The notes beneath the pieces were generated by a model that saw only the letters and a program-made list of their open reading frames with translations, had not been told where the DNA came from and did not search any database. Below are positions 1-13,329 of a stretch of 64,000 nt of DNA, piece by piece. The stretch is from assembly GCF_001194135.2 (NCBI RefSeq), contig NC_068983.1:112539951-112603950 (forward strand), given 5' to 3'. Origin of the DNA: Octopus bimaculoides. Lineage: Eukaryota. How positions within the stretch are numbered: position 1 is the first letter of the stretch; each line of letters starts with the position of its first letter. The position numbers and the translations under genes are program-made.

Positions 1-375
1 ACATGGAATTTCTTCGAGCGAGATCGTTGCCGGTGCCACTGAGCTGGCTCTTGTGTGGGGTTGTTGTAGGATTTTCGAGCGGGATTGTTGCCGGTGCCCC
101 TGGGCTGGGCCTCTTGTGCGGGTGACACATGAGGTTTCTCGAGCGAGTTGAGCGTCGCCGTTGCCAGTACCGCCTGACTGGCCTTCGTGCGGGTGACACG
201 TAAAAGCACCCACTACACTCTCTGAGTGGTTGGCGTTAGGAAGGGCATCCAGCTGTAGAAACTCCGCCAAATCAGATTGGAGCCTGGTGTAGCCATCTGG
301 TTTCACCAGTCCTCAGTCAAATCGCCCAACCCATGCTAGCATGGAAAGCGGACGTTAAACGACGACGACGACGAT
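1..375 (+). mobile_element. SINE-like family A copy with 5' tandem subrepeats
   Basis: Core gcacccactacactctc.gagtggttggcgttaggaagggcatccagctgtagaaac...ggacgttaaacgacgac recurs many times in the window. Three degenerate ~60-bp subunits lie at 1-200. Confidence 0.8.
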
Positions 376-879
376 GTCTCTCTCCAAAAACTATTCTGCA
401 AAGTAATACAGAACTGTTTTTCTCAAACCAAAAGGTTAATGATGACTGAACTGCAGGAGAGTGTTTGTTATTATATTGATTTTCAGATAAGGATCTATTC
501 TCAATTTATAATTTTTTGGTTTTACTAAACTAACAAATAATCAATATTTCTTGTCTCATTAATATAGTTATGCTATTCAAAAGAATCATAGTTTTAATCA
601 AATAGTTAAAATGAAAACCATTTTCTTTGTTTTAAAAAAATTCTCTTATTAAAAGAACAATCAAACTGCCTAAATTTCATATTCTTAATTCCAATTTTCA
701 ACACAACTTGCTATCAATTGCATAGTTCTTTGACAATATTTTATGTAATTAATGCATGTTTTATCTCCAGATTTAACCTGTTTCCAAGTTTGTTTTTTTT
801 TAATTAAAAATCTAAAGAACTCCCTAATATTTTTGCTAACAATTAAAGTTTAAACAAACGAATCTAATTTCAAGATCTG

Positions 880-3640
880 TCCTCTTCAGTCTCCTTCCTC
901 TGCAGATTCCATTACTTTGAGCTCACAACACTCATTTTATACTACTTTTCTTCTCCATATGGATCACACACTTATACCGGCACAGCCCCCTCTCTTACAC
1001 ATTACATCTAATTCTTTTTTTTGTAAAATCTCTGTTTCATCTCATTTGTACTTTGTCATTCATGCACACTAGTCTCATACATCCAACAGTGTATACTTGA
1101 TTTATTTATTTCTAGTTTTTGGAAATTCTCTGTCTCACTATCATGCTGCATCATGCTTAGTAGATAAGCATCATACAATCTGCCTTCCATCCTGAGGAAA
1201 AAAAAAACTTTGTTGGCAACTACAGCCTCAGCAGAATTTATAGTTGAATGTTACTTTCTCCAATTAGTTATTACTCTGGACACTGTGCACACTAAACACA
1301 TACACCTACACTGCTAAATGTATCTCTAAGGTAACAACAAGCTTTGAACTACTTCTGGAAAGCCACTTGAGCATTGGAGGGAGTCTATTTTTGTGCTCAT
1401 AGAACTTATTGCTCTTGTGTTCCAACTGCCTATGAAGTCAACCTTGTCTATGAGCTTGCCTATAATTGCACTACAACTCATTAGCTCTCATGAGAATTTA
1501 CAACTAGTGTAGCAATACCATAGTCAGCTGTTACAAATGTAAAGGTGATGCCTTAGGCAGAAATTGTTACAGAGGTATGAAATTGCTGACTATTTAATGA
1601 AAGTTGCTACAAATGGCTGATCTAAAACTCATCTGTTATTACTTGAAATGTTATAATGAACAGAAATGCACCGAGGTCTAAGCTCTGATATTCCCCAACT
1701 TTCAGACTGAATTCATCACAATACTAACTCTCACTTTGCCAACTGAATGTCCATTCAAGGTTTGTAAATGTTTCACAAGCTATTCATAAACTCCAAGTTG
1801 CACAGTGACCACTAGATCACAGAGCATGGAACCCAGCTGAAGGCAATCCCTAAGTTGACAAATGCCAGATGTAGGGTCTTTACCTTCGGCCAGATACTTC
1901 AACTGTAGCTGTCTCACTAGAAAGATGGTAGTGGGTTTTTTTTCCTGGCACAAAAATCAAACTGTATTGCATCTAAACTAATTCCTTTCCTGTGATACTT
2001 GATTACAAAACAGATGACTAACCCATGTTCTACTCATGGGACATTTTAGTAGCTTGGTGGTCATCCGTGATAGACCTGCTGTCAACTTGCATAGCTAATC
2101 TCACTTTTTGATCTTCTTGGGGTAGATCCTCTTTCTCTCATTAATTTTCTTCTTCAAACAATCTCTCATAACAGCATTACCATACTTCTTCAACAGTGTT
2201 TAATATTCTCTTATTCAGAATTGCATTAAAAAATATTACTAATACACCTCTGAACTTCATATCTTAGAACATTGGTAAACTTCTTACTCTCAGATTCTCT
2301 TGCTGCTTATTATGTTTGGCACCTAGCTTTCTCTTTGTCCTCGATATTGCTCTTTACTGCTGTAGTGGATTCATAATCATTCACTGAGTAGCCAAGCACA
2401 CATCACGACTAAGCCACAGCTGTTTCATGTGATCAGCCAATTAACAGAACAATCAAACATCAAGCCATTGCCTGATTCAACTTTCTAGAACTTTCTCAGT
2501 GAGCCCTATATAAAGGTGGTTTTTGGTGTAACCTCAGAATGTTGAGACTGCTGCTCAACATCTCAACCAGCCATTGGCACATAAAAGGCAAATATTTTGT
2601 CACCATGAATATAGTGCAATTATTTTCAAGCTGTGATAGACTAGTCACAATTGCTATACCAGTTAAATTCTCATAGATCTCAGTGGTACATATCTCCCAA
2701 TGCATAATTGTCACTGTTTGTTTTTGTCAAAAGACTAACACAGAAAACATTATGTGCAGTAAATAAAGCTTCTGTTAATTGCTTATGAGTGTTATTAATT
2801 ACTTCCACATGCAGCCATAGAAATACCAGCAGCTACCATGACTACCACAATAACTACAATACAACATACAACACTACTTTCTTCCTGTCTTGTCAGGTCC
2901 TTTTCTTGGCCTTTATAGTTCTACACCACCCTCATATGCCACCCTCATTTTGCAGGGATTTTGATCTAGTCAGATTTTGTACACCAATCTCTGTAGCTGT
3001 ACTGTAGAAGCTTCTAGCTGTCTTCTGTTACATTTTCTATCTCCATCATTAACTTGTCATATGCATCTATATATTCAAATCTGAACCCAAAGTTGATTGT
3101 TAACTCTACCAACTTTTTTTTTATCCTTCTTCAGATTGTCTTCAGTATATGGTTTAGTGACCTCTTTTTTCAAAGTCACCAAGTAGTAACGAATATTGAG
3201 TGATACATTCTTCACCAGTGATAGACCTGATATTTACAATCATCTATCTCTCCCTTCCACTTCTGCCTGCAGAGTCTGTCTGGCTTCTGTATTGACCTAA
3301 CTGGTAGGTAATCAGATAGCAGCCTGGTTCTTTGAAGAAGGTATTGGAAATGGAAAGGTCATTTGCATCACAATACTTCAAGAGATTTGATTCCCCTGCT
3401 TCTTTTAAGTGCCATAATTATAGCTTTCATGTATACTTTAAAAATGCTTCCAATGTTACCCAACATATCTATTTAAATTTCCAAACACAATGGTGAAGAT
3501 GATGTCATCAGTTTTGGAGGTAGTCCACAAAAAGGACTCATAAAATAAGCAGCATTTATCTTTATCTATCAGGAATAGCTGGTGCATAAGCAAAGATAAA
3601 TGTTGCTGTCATGTACACTAAGACTAACATAAGCTAAGTT
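880..3640 (-). mobile_element. Decayed RTE-clade LINE (AP endonuclease + reverse transcriptase)
   Basis: Minus-strand peptides FIFAYAP, LKYCDANDLSISNTFFKEPGCYLITYQ and ITGEECITQYSLL (endonuclease); IFLVRQLQLKYLAEGKTLHLAFVNL (RT). Many stops and frameshifts. Confidence 0.85.
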
Positions 3641-5559
3641 TAATTATCCTATCATATACACTAAGTAAATATATTAATGTGTGTATATGTGTGTATGTGC
3701 AAGTATGTGTATCTTTGTATATATATCATTTGTGTGTGTGTGTGTGTGTGTGTATGTGTGTTTTGTGTGTGTGTGTGTTTGTGTGTGTCTGCATATGTGC
3801 ATGAATGAAAGTAAATTTGCACAGATATGTTATTTATATTATTTTCTTCTTTTGTGTTCTTTAACACTACTGGTTTTCATGAAGGATATTTTTTCCTTTA
3901 GTTACTGAAACAATTTGAACATTAACACACTATTTCATATGGTTATCTGTCAATATCTACAAATATATTAATATATATTATCTGGTTCAGATAACAGATA
4001 GATATGCATATTATTCCCATTCTGCTACACACTCCAAATGATATCCTTATTTATCTCAGTGATATCTCATATATGTCTACTAAACCAATAGTTCTCACTT
4101 TCCGTTCATGCTAAGAAACAATGAATTATTAGATAACATAATTTGTCTTATGACCCTTGATATCATATGCAGATCTATAACCCTTTGAACTCACTATCTG
4201 AAGAATGAATTCTCCAAAGTAGCAGAGATCACTTTACTTGAAAACATTAAGTAATTTATTATATATTGATTAGTCTGAAGAGAGAGAGCATGGAGTTAAT
4301 GCCCTCATGTGGCCCACATCACTGTTCATGCTTAAAACTGAATAATTGTATTGAGTTCTGGAGAAATTTAGTTTCCATAAGATGAACTGACCAAATGTTT
4401 ATTACATTGAAAATGATACATTGTAGGACTGGTCAAAAAGTGACAAACAGATGTAAGTGGTATGATTAATCGAAAGAAGTATAAAATAGGTGTGTTTAGA
4501 AGATTAGTAAGGAAAGAAACTTTAGGAGAAAAGACAGAAGTACATTTAATGATTCAGAAGCTCAATTTAGTTGACTGCAAAAGAAGTTAATTTACTTATC
4601 AGAACAAATTCTCTTGAACACAGTCCAATATATTGATGATTGAGCTAACTGTAAAGAAAGATCAATACATGCAGTGGGTGTTACATATCCGAAGTTTTTA
4701 TTGCTTAAATTACCACATGTTGTCAAAATAATATTTTGCTGTATTACAATCTCAAATTCTCATTCAAATTACAATGTTGTACTCTGGCTTATTAATTATA
4801 TTCTATGTTATCACTGCGGAAGTTAGGATATGGTTTCAGCTAAGGTAAATAAATTCTCCCAACATAATCAACTTGGTTGATAAATGGATTTTACTCCTAC
4901 TTCATATTTGAGTGGTAGCATTAGAAAAAAATATCCTTCACTCAATCAGCATGCAAATAGAATTTTTCACTGTTGCTAGAGTAAGAAAGAGAACTTTAAC
5001 CAGGAAAATAAAATACTTAACAAATAGATAAAAATTCAAGGTAAATATGTCATTAGTATTCAAATAGATTTAGCTACTGTGAACTTTCTAGGAATGGTTG
5101 CTAAAGATAAATTATGAAGAGCAAATTTTCAGCTTGGCTTTGTTTTTAAGAGCATGAGATTAAGTAAGTCAAAAATAGAACTGTAAATTTATTTCATTCA
5201 AGATTTAGAAAAGCTTTCTTAAAAGCACACTTAAGAATTAGAGATATAGTAATGAAATGAATGAAGGAAAATTATTCAAGCAGGGTCTACAGTAATAAGA
5301 GAAGATTACCAATTTTAAGTGACTAGTTTAGGAGTTATTAAAGGCAGATTAAATTGCAAATAGGGAATCAAATTAGAAAAAAAAATTACTCTTACAAACA
5401 ATTAAAGCTATACATAAATAACTCAGATTACCAAGTGAAGGACAAGCAATTCATATGCCAATAGACACTTGACTCCCAATGACTTCCTCCATTAAGCTGT
5501 GCTTGCTTCCTTAGCCATCACTTGCAAATGAGTATGCCCTGGTATCTTGTACAATGCTT

Positions 5560-5830
5560 TCACTAATTGCTTTAGGTGGCTATGTAATTGCATGCAAATA
5601 TAGATACCCTATTGGTTTTCCCTCCCTTGTCGAAGCAGAACACAGAAGATATGACAGCTGAAGAGAGAGAAGATTCTACAAGCAGTCAATTGGTACTCAC
5701 TTTCAGCTAAATAGACTGGAACAATGTGAAATGATGTGCCTTGCACATTGGCGCAATGTGCCAGTCAACTCAGGATTCAATTTGATGAGTTTACAATCAG
5801 AAGCCCAGCAACCTAACCAGTAGGTATCCT
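5560..5830 (-). mobile_element. Degenerate tRNA-head SINE fragment
   Basis: Minus strand tttcacattgttccagtctatttagctg matches the plus-strand copy near 63195 (tttcacattgctccagcccactcaactg). Confidence 0.45.
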
Positions 5831-6058
5831 GCTTTCATATACACACACATATGCAACCATGCTTACATAAATACACATAAATACAGGCATACATACGTAT
5901 GTGTGTGCGTGTGTTTCTGCATGTATGTATGTGTGTGCACGTGTATATGTATATATATTTATATATATATATCATCATATATATAAATACACACACTCAC
6001 ACACACAAATATATGTGTATATGTACATATGTAGGTACATATATATGTGTGTGTGTGT

Positions 6059-6092
<34 letters not shown>

Positions 6093-6224
6093 TTTTCTAC
6101 TCTTGGCACATGCCCAAAACTTTTGGGGAGGGTGCCAGTCAATTAGATCAACCCAGTATGCAACTGGTACTTAACTTATCGACCCCAAAAGAATGAAATG
6201 TTAAGTCAACTTTGGCAGGATATA

Positions 6225-6691
6225 NNNNNNNNNNNNNNNNNNNNNNNNNNNNNNNNNNNNNNNNNNNNNNNNNNNNNNNNNNNNNNNNNNNNNNNNNNNN
6301 NNNNNNNNNNNNNNNNNNNNNNNNNNNNNNNNNNNNNNNNNNNNNNNNNNNNNNNNNNNNNNNNNNNNNNNNNNNNNNNNNNNNNNNNNNNNNNNNNNNN
6401 NNNNNNNNNNNNNNNNNNNNNNNNNNNNNNNNNNNNNNNNNNNNNNNNNNNNNNNNNNNNNNNNNNNNNNNNNNNNNNNNNNNNNNNNNNNNNNNNNNNN
6501 NNNNNNNNNNNNNNNNNNNNNNNNNNNNNNNNNNNNNNNNNNNNNNNNNNNNNNNNNNNNNNNNNNNNNNNNNNNNNNNNNNNNNNNNNNNNNNNNNNNN
6601 NNNNNNNNNNNNNNNNNNNNNNNNNNNNNNNNNNNNNNNNNNNNNNNNNNNNNNNNNNNNNNNNNNNNNNNNNNNNNNNNNNNNNNNNNNN
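6225..6691. other. Assembly gap
   Basis: Run of N. Confidence 1.
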
Positions 6692-7229
6692 ATTTTATAA
6701 AGATAGAAAAATTATTAAAAATATCAAAATAATAACCATTCAATAATCCTCCCTTCCTCCATTATAATAACATGTTTATTATATACAAAAAACAGCTTAC
6801 ATAAATTATCATTGTTTTAAATTATCTTTGTTTTAAATACAATTTGAACGAATTTAAGTTTAAAATAATAATGAAGATAAAATTAGTACATATTTAACCG
6901 GTGTAATAGTTAAAGCTATACTATTTAAAGCTAAAATCGTTTATTTAATTATCATTAAAAATCAATTGAATAATAGAAAAATACAAGAATATTTATTTCT
7001 ACAAACGTAAGAATAAAAATATGAATGAAAAAATTATGAATGAAAAAATTATGTATGTTATGTATTATACGTATATTATATGTGTGTATATATATGTCTA
7101 TTCTGTATTTAATCATTTAAATTCTCTCTCTGAAGAGAGAGCTGGTATCTAACAAAGATACAAAGCTCCATCTTTGGAATGTAGATAATGGAAACAATGT
7201 CACATTTTAAACCTGAGAAAAGTCTTGCA

Positions 7230-7640
7230 TAGTTTTACTGTTCTGCTCAGAGATTGTATTTGTAAGGTGCAAATCAGTCGGTACCCTTTTCTGAAAATCC
7301 AAGCTACCCAAATTGACAGTTAGGTATTTACTTACAAAACCAAGTGCTTGAATTATTATTCGTATAAATGTAAATTTCTAATCTGGATATAGATGCTGGA
7401 GGTCTTGAAGCAGTTATCCGTAGTTATCCTCTTTCTCTTTGCTTTTCAAAAAGATATTCACATCAGCAGGACAGCTGACCTACTGTTAGGCTATGCTATC
7501 CCAGGGCACATCAATATTTGCTCTTATGCAACACAGCTTGATGATTCGAGAGGTCTTCTGTTTCACTTTGCAGTATCTTATAGATGTTGCACTTCATACA
7601 TAACCTCCTGTATGTGATTCAGTGCAATAAAATCTCTGAA
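7230..7640 (-). mobile_element. R4/Dong-type non-LTR retrotransposon fragment (restriction-like endonuclease)
   Basis: Minus strand SCPADVNIFLKSKEKEDNYG*LLQDLQHLYPD*KFTFIRIIIQALGFV, homologous to the copy at 24 kb. Confidence 0.8.
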
Positions 7641-7715
7641 AGAAATGATTGCAGCGATACCATATAATCCATTCATTTGTTTTCATTTTTATATATGTGT
7701 ACACACATACATACA

Positions 7716-7770
<55 letters not shown>

Positions 7771-8214
7771 ATGTATATGTGTGTGTGTGTGAGAGAGAGA
7801 GTGTGTGTGTGTATGTATATATATATGTATATATATGTGTGTGCATTATTATCAAATAGTGAGAATGAGCAAGTGTTCAACACCACATTGGTGGATAAAT
7901 ATTCTTCACCTGTGGATTAAACAGGTTACCATTGGTTTCATGTTAAGAGATATACTCTCATAACACGAAACCAATGGTAGCCTGGTTAATGCACAAATAA
8001 GCAGTGGCCCGGGAACAAAATTTGCTTAGAGGGTGCAAACTCAGTTCCAAAATTTGGCACTACTGGAGAAGTGTGAATCCAAGTTCTGGGAGTGTGCATG
8101 TCACAGATTTGCGCATGCGCACACGTTATTCATAAGTAGTCGAATTTAGCACTCAGGTAAAAAAACGAGACGCTCACTACTTGCTGTAAATGGAGGGTTG
8201 GTTAACCATCTAAT

Positions 8215-8496
8215 ACAAGAAGAAAATTGCAGATAAATTGAATAAAAACATGAAAAATAACAAAATGATATTTCATTGAAAAGTAAACCATTCTGAAAGA
8301 TAGTTCAGAATGTTTTCAAAACATTTATCTCCAGTTTTTCCCATATTTTATTAAGGGTTAGGGATTATGATTAAGGTTTAGGGTTAGGGGTTAGGTTTTG
8401 AGTTAGGGTTTAAAGTTAGGGGAGATGAATGTTTTTTCACTATTCAATGATTATTTTTCACTTTTATATTCAACTTATCTGCAATTTTCTTTTTGT
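8215..8496. mobile_element. Inverted-repeat element with internal degenerate TTAGGG repeats
   Basis: acaagaagaaaattgcagataaattgaata (8215) is the reverse complement of tattcaacttatctgcaattttctttttgt (ending 8496). Degenerate ttaggg units lie at about 8352-8422. The right arm runs into an N-gap. Confidence 0.65.
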
Positions 8497-8935
8497 NNNN
8501 NNNNNNNNNNNNNNNNNNNNNNNNNNNNNNNNNNNNNNNNNNNNNNNNNNNNNNNNNNNNNNNNNNNNNNNNNNNNNNNNNNNNNNNNNNNNNNNNNNNN
8601 NNNNNNNNNNNNNNNNNNNNNNNNNNNNNNNNNNNNNNNNNNNNNNNNNNNNNNNNNNNNNNNNNNNNNNNNNNNNNNNNNNNNNNNNNNNNNNNNNNNN
8701 NNNNNNNNNNNNNNNNNNNNNNNNNNNNNNNNNNNNNNNNNNNNNNNNNNNNNNNNNNNNNNNNNNNNNNNNNNNNNNNNNNNNNNNNNNNNNNNNNNNN
8801 NNNNNNNNNNNNNNNNNNNNNNNNNNNNNNNNNNNNNNNNNNNNNNNNNNNNNNNNNNNNNNNNNNNNNNNNNNNNNNNNNNNNNNNNNNNNNNNNNNNN
8901 NNNNNNNNNNNNNNNNNNNNNNNNNNNNNNNNNNN
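8497..8935. other. Assembly gap
   Basis: Run of N. Confidence 1.
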
Positions 8936-9099
8936 GGATGTGGAAGCTGGCATTTTATACAATGTTAAAACATTCAACGATGGAAGTTTTAATAAAGTTT
9001 TGTGAAATGTTGGATAAACATACTGTTGGTTTAGTTCATGTGAACAATACACAATTTTGAAATTGGAATAAAATTGAGGCAATTGAAAAGTGAAAATCA

Positions 9100-9640
9100 A
9101 ACAGAAAAGATATCTACATACTTCTTTCAGCGATTCATTGCTTCAATTGCCTTGGAAAAGAAGCTATCCTGTTAGTTAAACAAGTTTTCAACAGCTGATA
9201 AGACATCATCACTATGATATTGGTTCCAAGCCGAGTATTCTTTTTATATATATGTAGGGGATATAGATAATAAGATGAGGTCAAATCATTAAAGTAGGGA
9301 GGGTGGCTTAGCAGTCCAAAGCCAATCACACACAGCAGCCATCAAAACCAATTACTTGTGCACTGGAGTATTAGTTTCCATGAAAGAAAAACATACTCCA
9401 CAGTTTTCCTTGTGTTTGGCCTTGATAGCCTTTCGCAACTGCCTTAGAAAGGTGGCACAGTACAGCACTCTCCATTGATGGTGAGAGCTTTTGAAAGTAG
9501 TCAATAAACAAGATGCTTTTTGAAGGGGTTTTAATTTTAGACTGGGGTCAAAAGGTCGAATCCATTCAACCATGTTTCAAGTCTTTAGCAACACCAATTA
9601 CAAAGAATTTGGAAGTGGTTCTGAAAGATGGAGAGAAGTA
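9100..9640 (-). mobile_element. Mariner (Tc1/mariner) transposase remnant
   Basis: GFGLLSHPPYFNDLTSSYY resembles the mariner motif HPPYSPDLAPSDY. Upstream YCATFLRQLRKAIKAK resembles YY...L..LR.AI..KR. Frameshifted. Confidence 0.8.
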
Positions 9641-9848
9641 TTGACAGACAGAAACTGGGTGGGAGCTGTCTTCAATAATTCAAGTAATGCTATATATTCA
9701 AAATTAACTATACATGCTGGTTTTGTTGTTGTTATTGTTGCTGCTACTGCTGTTATTGTCACTTATTTTTTTGTATTTTGACACTACTTTCCTTCAGAAA
9801 TTAGTGGTCCTAAACTCCCTAGGGAATTTTATGCCAGCTTCATCACTT

Positions 9849-9883
<35 letters not shown>

Positions 9884-9994
9884 TTTTTTCTTTGTTTTGA
9901 AACGAGATCGAAATAAACATTTTATACCGATAGATTTTAGACACTTTTTTTCTGAAACTGGTAAGATTATGTAGGGGGTGCAAGTGCACCCGCT

Positions 9995-10226
9995 NNNNNN
10001 NNNNNNNNNNNNNNNNNNNNNNNNNNNNNNNNNNNNNNNNNNNNNNNNNNNNNNNNNNNNNNNNNNNNNNNNNNNNNNNNNNNNNNNNNNNNNNNNNNNN
10101 NNNNNNNNNNNNNNNNNNNNNNNNNNNNNNNNNNNNNNNNNNNNNNNNNNNNNNNNNNNNNNNNNNNNNNNNNNNNNNNNNNNNNNNNNNNNNNNNNNNN
10201 NNNNNNNNNNNNNNNNNNNNNNNNNN
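9995..10226. other. Assembly gap
   Basis: Run of N. Confidence 1.
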
Positions 10227-10249
10227 TATATATATTTATATATATATGC

Positions 10250-10405
10250 TACACTCTTGGAGTGGTTGAGAATAGGAAGGGCATCCAGCTATAAAATCAT
10301 GCCACATCAGATTGGAAGTTGGTGCAGTTCTCCAGCTTGACAGTTTTCAGTCAAACTGTCCAACTAATGCTAGCATGGAAAACAGATGTTAAATGGTGAT
10401 GATGT
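10250..10405 (+). mobile_element. SINE-like family A partial copy
   Basis: aggaagggcatccagctataaaatcatgccacatcagattgg...gcatggaaaacagatgttaaatggtgatgatg. Confidence 0.7.
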
Positions 10406-10559
10406 ACAAGGAGTAATTATTACAACAAAATTTTATATAGAGTTACCCAAGGTTTTGCACCCACAAAGCTAAAGTCTTGTGGGCAGCTCATCAGACTGTA
10501 TATGAATACAAAATTTTAAAATATTTACGTCACAGAGAACATCACTGAAGATCCTGGTA

Positions 10560-11210
10560 CCACCGCCATGGATATTGAACAAACTATAGATGCAGATAGA
10601 GTGAACAGTACAAATGCCACACCTGGAAATAATGACCTATCCAAAACCAACGACTTGGAGGAGGTACCTGCTGCTCCCAGTTCTGCTACCTCAGCTGAGG
10701 ACCAAATATTCATCTTTGACATGAATAGAATGACCATCCCCACTCCACATGTTACCCGGAGTGTGAATAGGGCCACATCCCATGTTTATAAATATGTTGG
10801 TTCAGCGAGTACTTCATTCAAGAAATGTTTTCTTAACCACCAGTCAACCTTCAGAGTCCCAGAAAGACGGTTTGTTATATCCCTTGCCCACCATGTATGA
10901 CACCTCAAAGATCAAGGGACCCTGTGTGATGTCAGGTAGAAATTAATTGATTTTCCAGGCCCATATATTAACGGATATGTCTGTTGCAAGATTTGCATTG
11001 TGGAGAGAAGCAAAATTCTTAATGACTCTGAAAAGCCTGACACATTAACCAACCATAAAGAAGTGTTTTCTAAATGTATCCACTTCAAGCAATACTAACT
11101 AGAAGATTGGATCTCCCTGTTTGCTCGTTAGGCCACGCCAAGTCTATAAAGGTTTTTTTTTTTTTTTACCTCTGATTAAGAGGAAATAACACATACTCAT
11201 TAAAGTTTTT
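10560..11210 (+). mobile_element. Penelope-like element, GIY-YIG endonuclease remnant
   Basis: YVGSASTSFKKCFLNHQSTFR...ISLAHHV*HLKD, then CKICIVERSKILN...TLTNHKEVFSKCIH. This matches the Penelope C-terminus YIG...FK.RY.NH..SFR...LS.H.W.LK...C.LC..EK...R.E..SKCRH. Confidence 0.75.
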
Positions 11211-11949
11211 TTCATATTCATTGAGTTCTAAGCATTCCCTCACGTCTGCAACATAGATATTTTAAAATTTTGTATTCGTAGAGCATCTGACAAGCTGTCC
11301 ACAAGGCTTTTGCTTTGTGGGTGCGAAACCTTGAGTAACTCTATATAAAATTTTGTTGTGATATATATATATATATAATTATGAAGACATTTGCTTATTT
11401 CAGTACTCCAAATCCGTATGTAGAGGTCATATTTGTGTGGGGTATGCATAAGAGTTGAAAATAATGGAAAATATTTTTTGTAGAGTAATATCACAACAGG
11501 AAATTGGAAAATAATACCAAAAAATCTTTCAATCTCCTGTTTTCACACACACACACAAACACACATACATACATATATAAACATAAATATATATATGTGT
11601 GTGTGTGTGTGTGTGCGCATGTGTGTGTACATGAATATAAATATATATGTATATATGCGTGTGTGTATGTATATGTGTGTGTGTGTGTTACAATCTCTTT
11701 GTCTTGACATCGCATAATAGTTGTAAATGTCATACAAGAAGCATCCTTTATTTCTAATGAAAACTTGTTTTGGCATTGGGAAATGTTACCTTACTTAAAA
11801 ACAAATAAGGTTTGGCAACAGTAAGGTCATCTGACTGAAGAGAATCGAGCGAAACAGCATGGGAAAAATGAACATAAGACAAAAAGATGAGGAGGAGGAG
11901 GAGGAGAAGGGGAAGAAGAGGAGGCATGTAATACAAATCATTTATGGTA

Positions 11950-12360
11950 AAATGTAGAATCCAAGGGAATAGGGAGTGGTCTGCATTTGCAACAGTCTTT
12001 TGGAGAGTTTGTAGAAGAATTTGATAAACTTAGATGCCATGAAGTGCAAAAAAGATCTAATGTTTTGGGTTCTCGGCCGATTTTTGAGAGTCAAGAAAAT
12101 AATGAATGTGTTCTTGCATTGGTGACAAAAGGAAGAATGAAATGATGCAAAAGGCTTATATATCTTGGAGTGATGAAGAAAGTGGTGGAGAATATCCAAT
12201 GAGAGGTGGTGGTGTGAACCGAATAAAGGGAAAGAAATAAAGAATGGGAATGGCTAGGAAGAGAAGGCTAATGTTTGTAGCTAGAAAGATTATGGACAAG
12301 TGACGCTAGAAGATGATCGTATGAACCAGGTCAAGTGAAGATAGAGGCTGGTTTTATAGA
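11950..12360 (-). mobile_element. Probable CR1/L2-like LINE 3' remnant
   Basis: Minus strand RSFLHFMASK.. resembles the RSFF...SKLWNSLP C-terminus. Highly degenerate. Confidence 0.35.
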
Positions 12361-13005
12361 AACCACATTTACAGAAGGATAACTAGAAAATCAAACATAT
12401 ACACACACAGCAGAACAAATACATACACACATACATATATACTCTCACGTACACACACACACACATGTGCACACATGCACATATGTATACATACACACTC
12501 AGATACACACACAAGACTTACAGGATCATAAAATTTTAAGTATAATTTTGGTAAAAGGTATCGGGAGGAAGGCAGAATCAAATGGAGTTAAGACATATAT
12601 TAATGCTTCACAGAGAAGAGCTTCCAGGTTAAAACTGCTTGCTTTTTCTCTGGAGTTACACATCTCGTTAGAAACAAAGAGTGACAGCATATCACAGACT
12701 GAAAGGTGGTTAGAAGGAGGACTGAGCACATTAAGAAGCTAAATAACTGGTTTGAAGACATTCAAGAAATTTGTCATCCAGCCAATGACTCTGTTTGCCT
12801 AAGTGCTGTGTGCTGTAGATCTTACATATAATGCAATATATTTGGTTTGAAGAATGCAGTCAAAATGCTCAATCATATTTATTGTATATTTATTAAGTAA
12901 TTGTTCAATCTTTTAACACTCAGATTTCTTTGTTGAATGTAATGCTTATTTATCCACACTGTTTTGAATTAACCATGCATTTTCTCATAGCTTCAAGATT
13001 TTGAT

Positions 13006-13178
13006 GATCATCATCATCATCATCATCATCGTTTAACGTCCGCTTTCCATGCTAGCATGGGTTGGACGATTTGACTGAGGACTGGTGAAACCGGATGGCA
13101 ACACCAGGCTCCAGTCTGATTTGGCAGAGTTTCTACAGCTGGATGCCCTTCCTAACGCCAACCACTCAGAGAGTGTAG
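13006..13178 (-). mobile_element. SINE-like family A copy (young, near consensus)
   Basis: Near-exact reverse complement of 205-365, with a (CAT)n tail. Confidence 0.85.
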
Positions 13179-13329
13179 TATGTGATTATTTATTTTTGAA
13201 ATGACATTGTAGGATAGGTGTGAAAACGAGATCTAGCTGATTTGGAGAGAAAACTGGTAAAATATTTTGGCTGGACATGGCCGGTTAAAATGTTAAAGGG
13301 TTAAGAGATGAAGGGTTAAGTATGACAAT

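Noticed and set aside
1-200. ~60-bp repeated units as a CRISPR-like array
   Set aside because: Degenerate tandem subunits with no unique spacers, attached to a SINE-like repeat; eukaryotic context and no cas genes.
3661-3908. ORFs rich in YI/HT/CV or poly-N/I/Y/V (also about 5.9, 7.7, 11.5, 29.7, 38.2, 52.8-54.2 and 61.4 kb)
   Set aside because: Translations of di- and trinucleotide microsatellites.
6198-10340. Long ORFs in the track that span N runs (also 36902-37542 and 45298-45780)
   Set aside because: Artefacts of assembly gaps.
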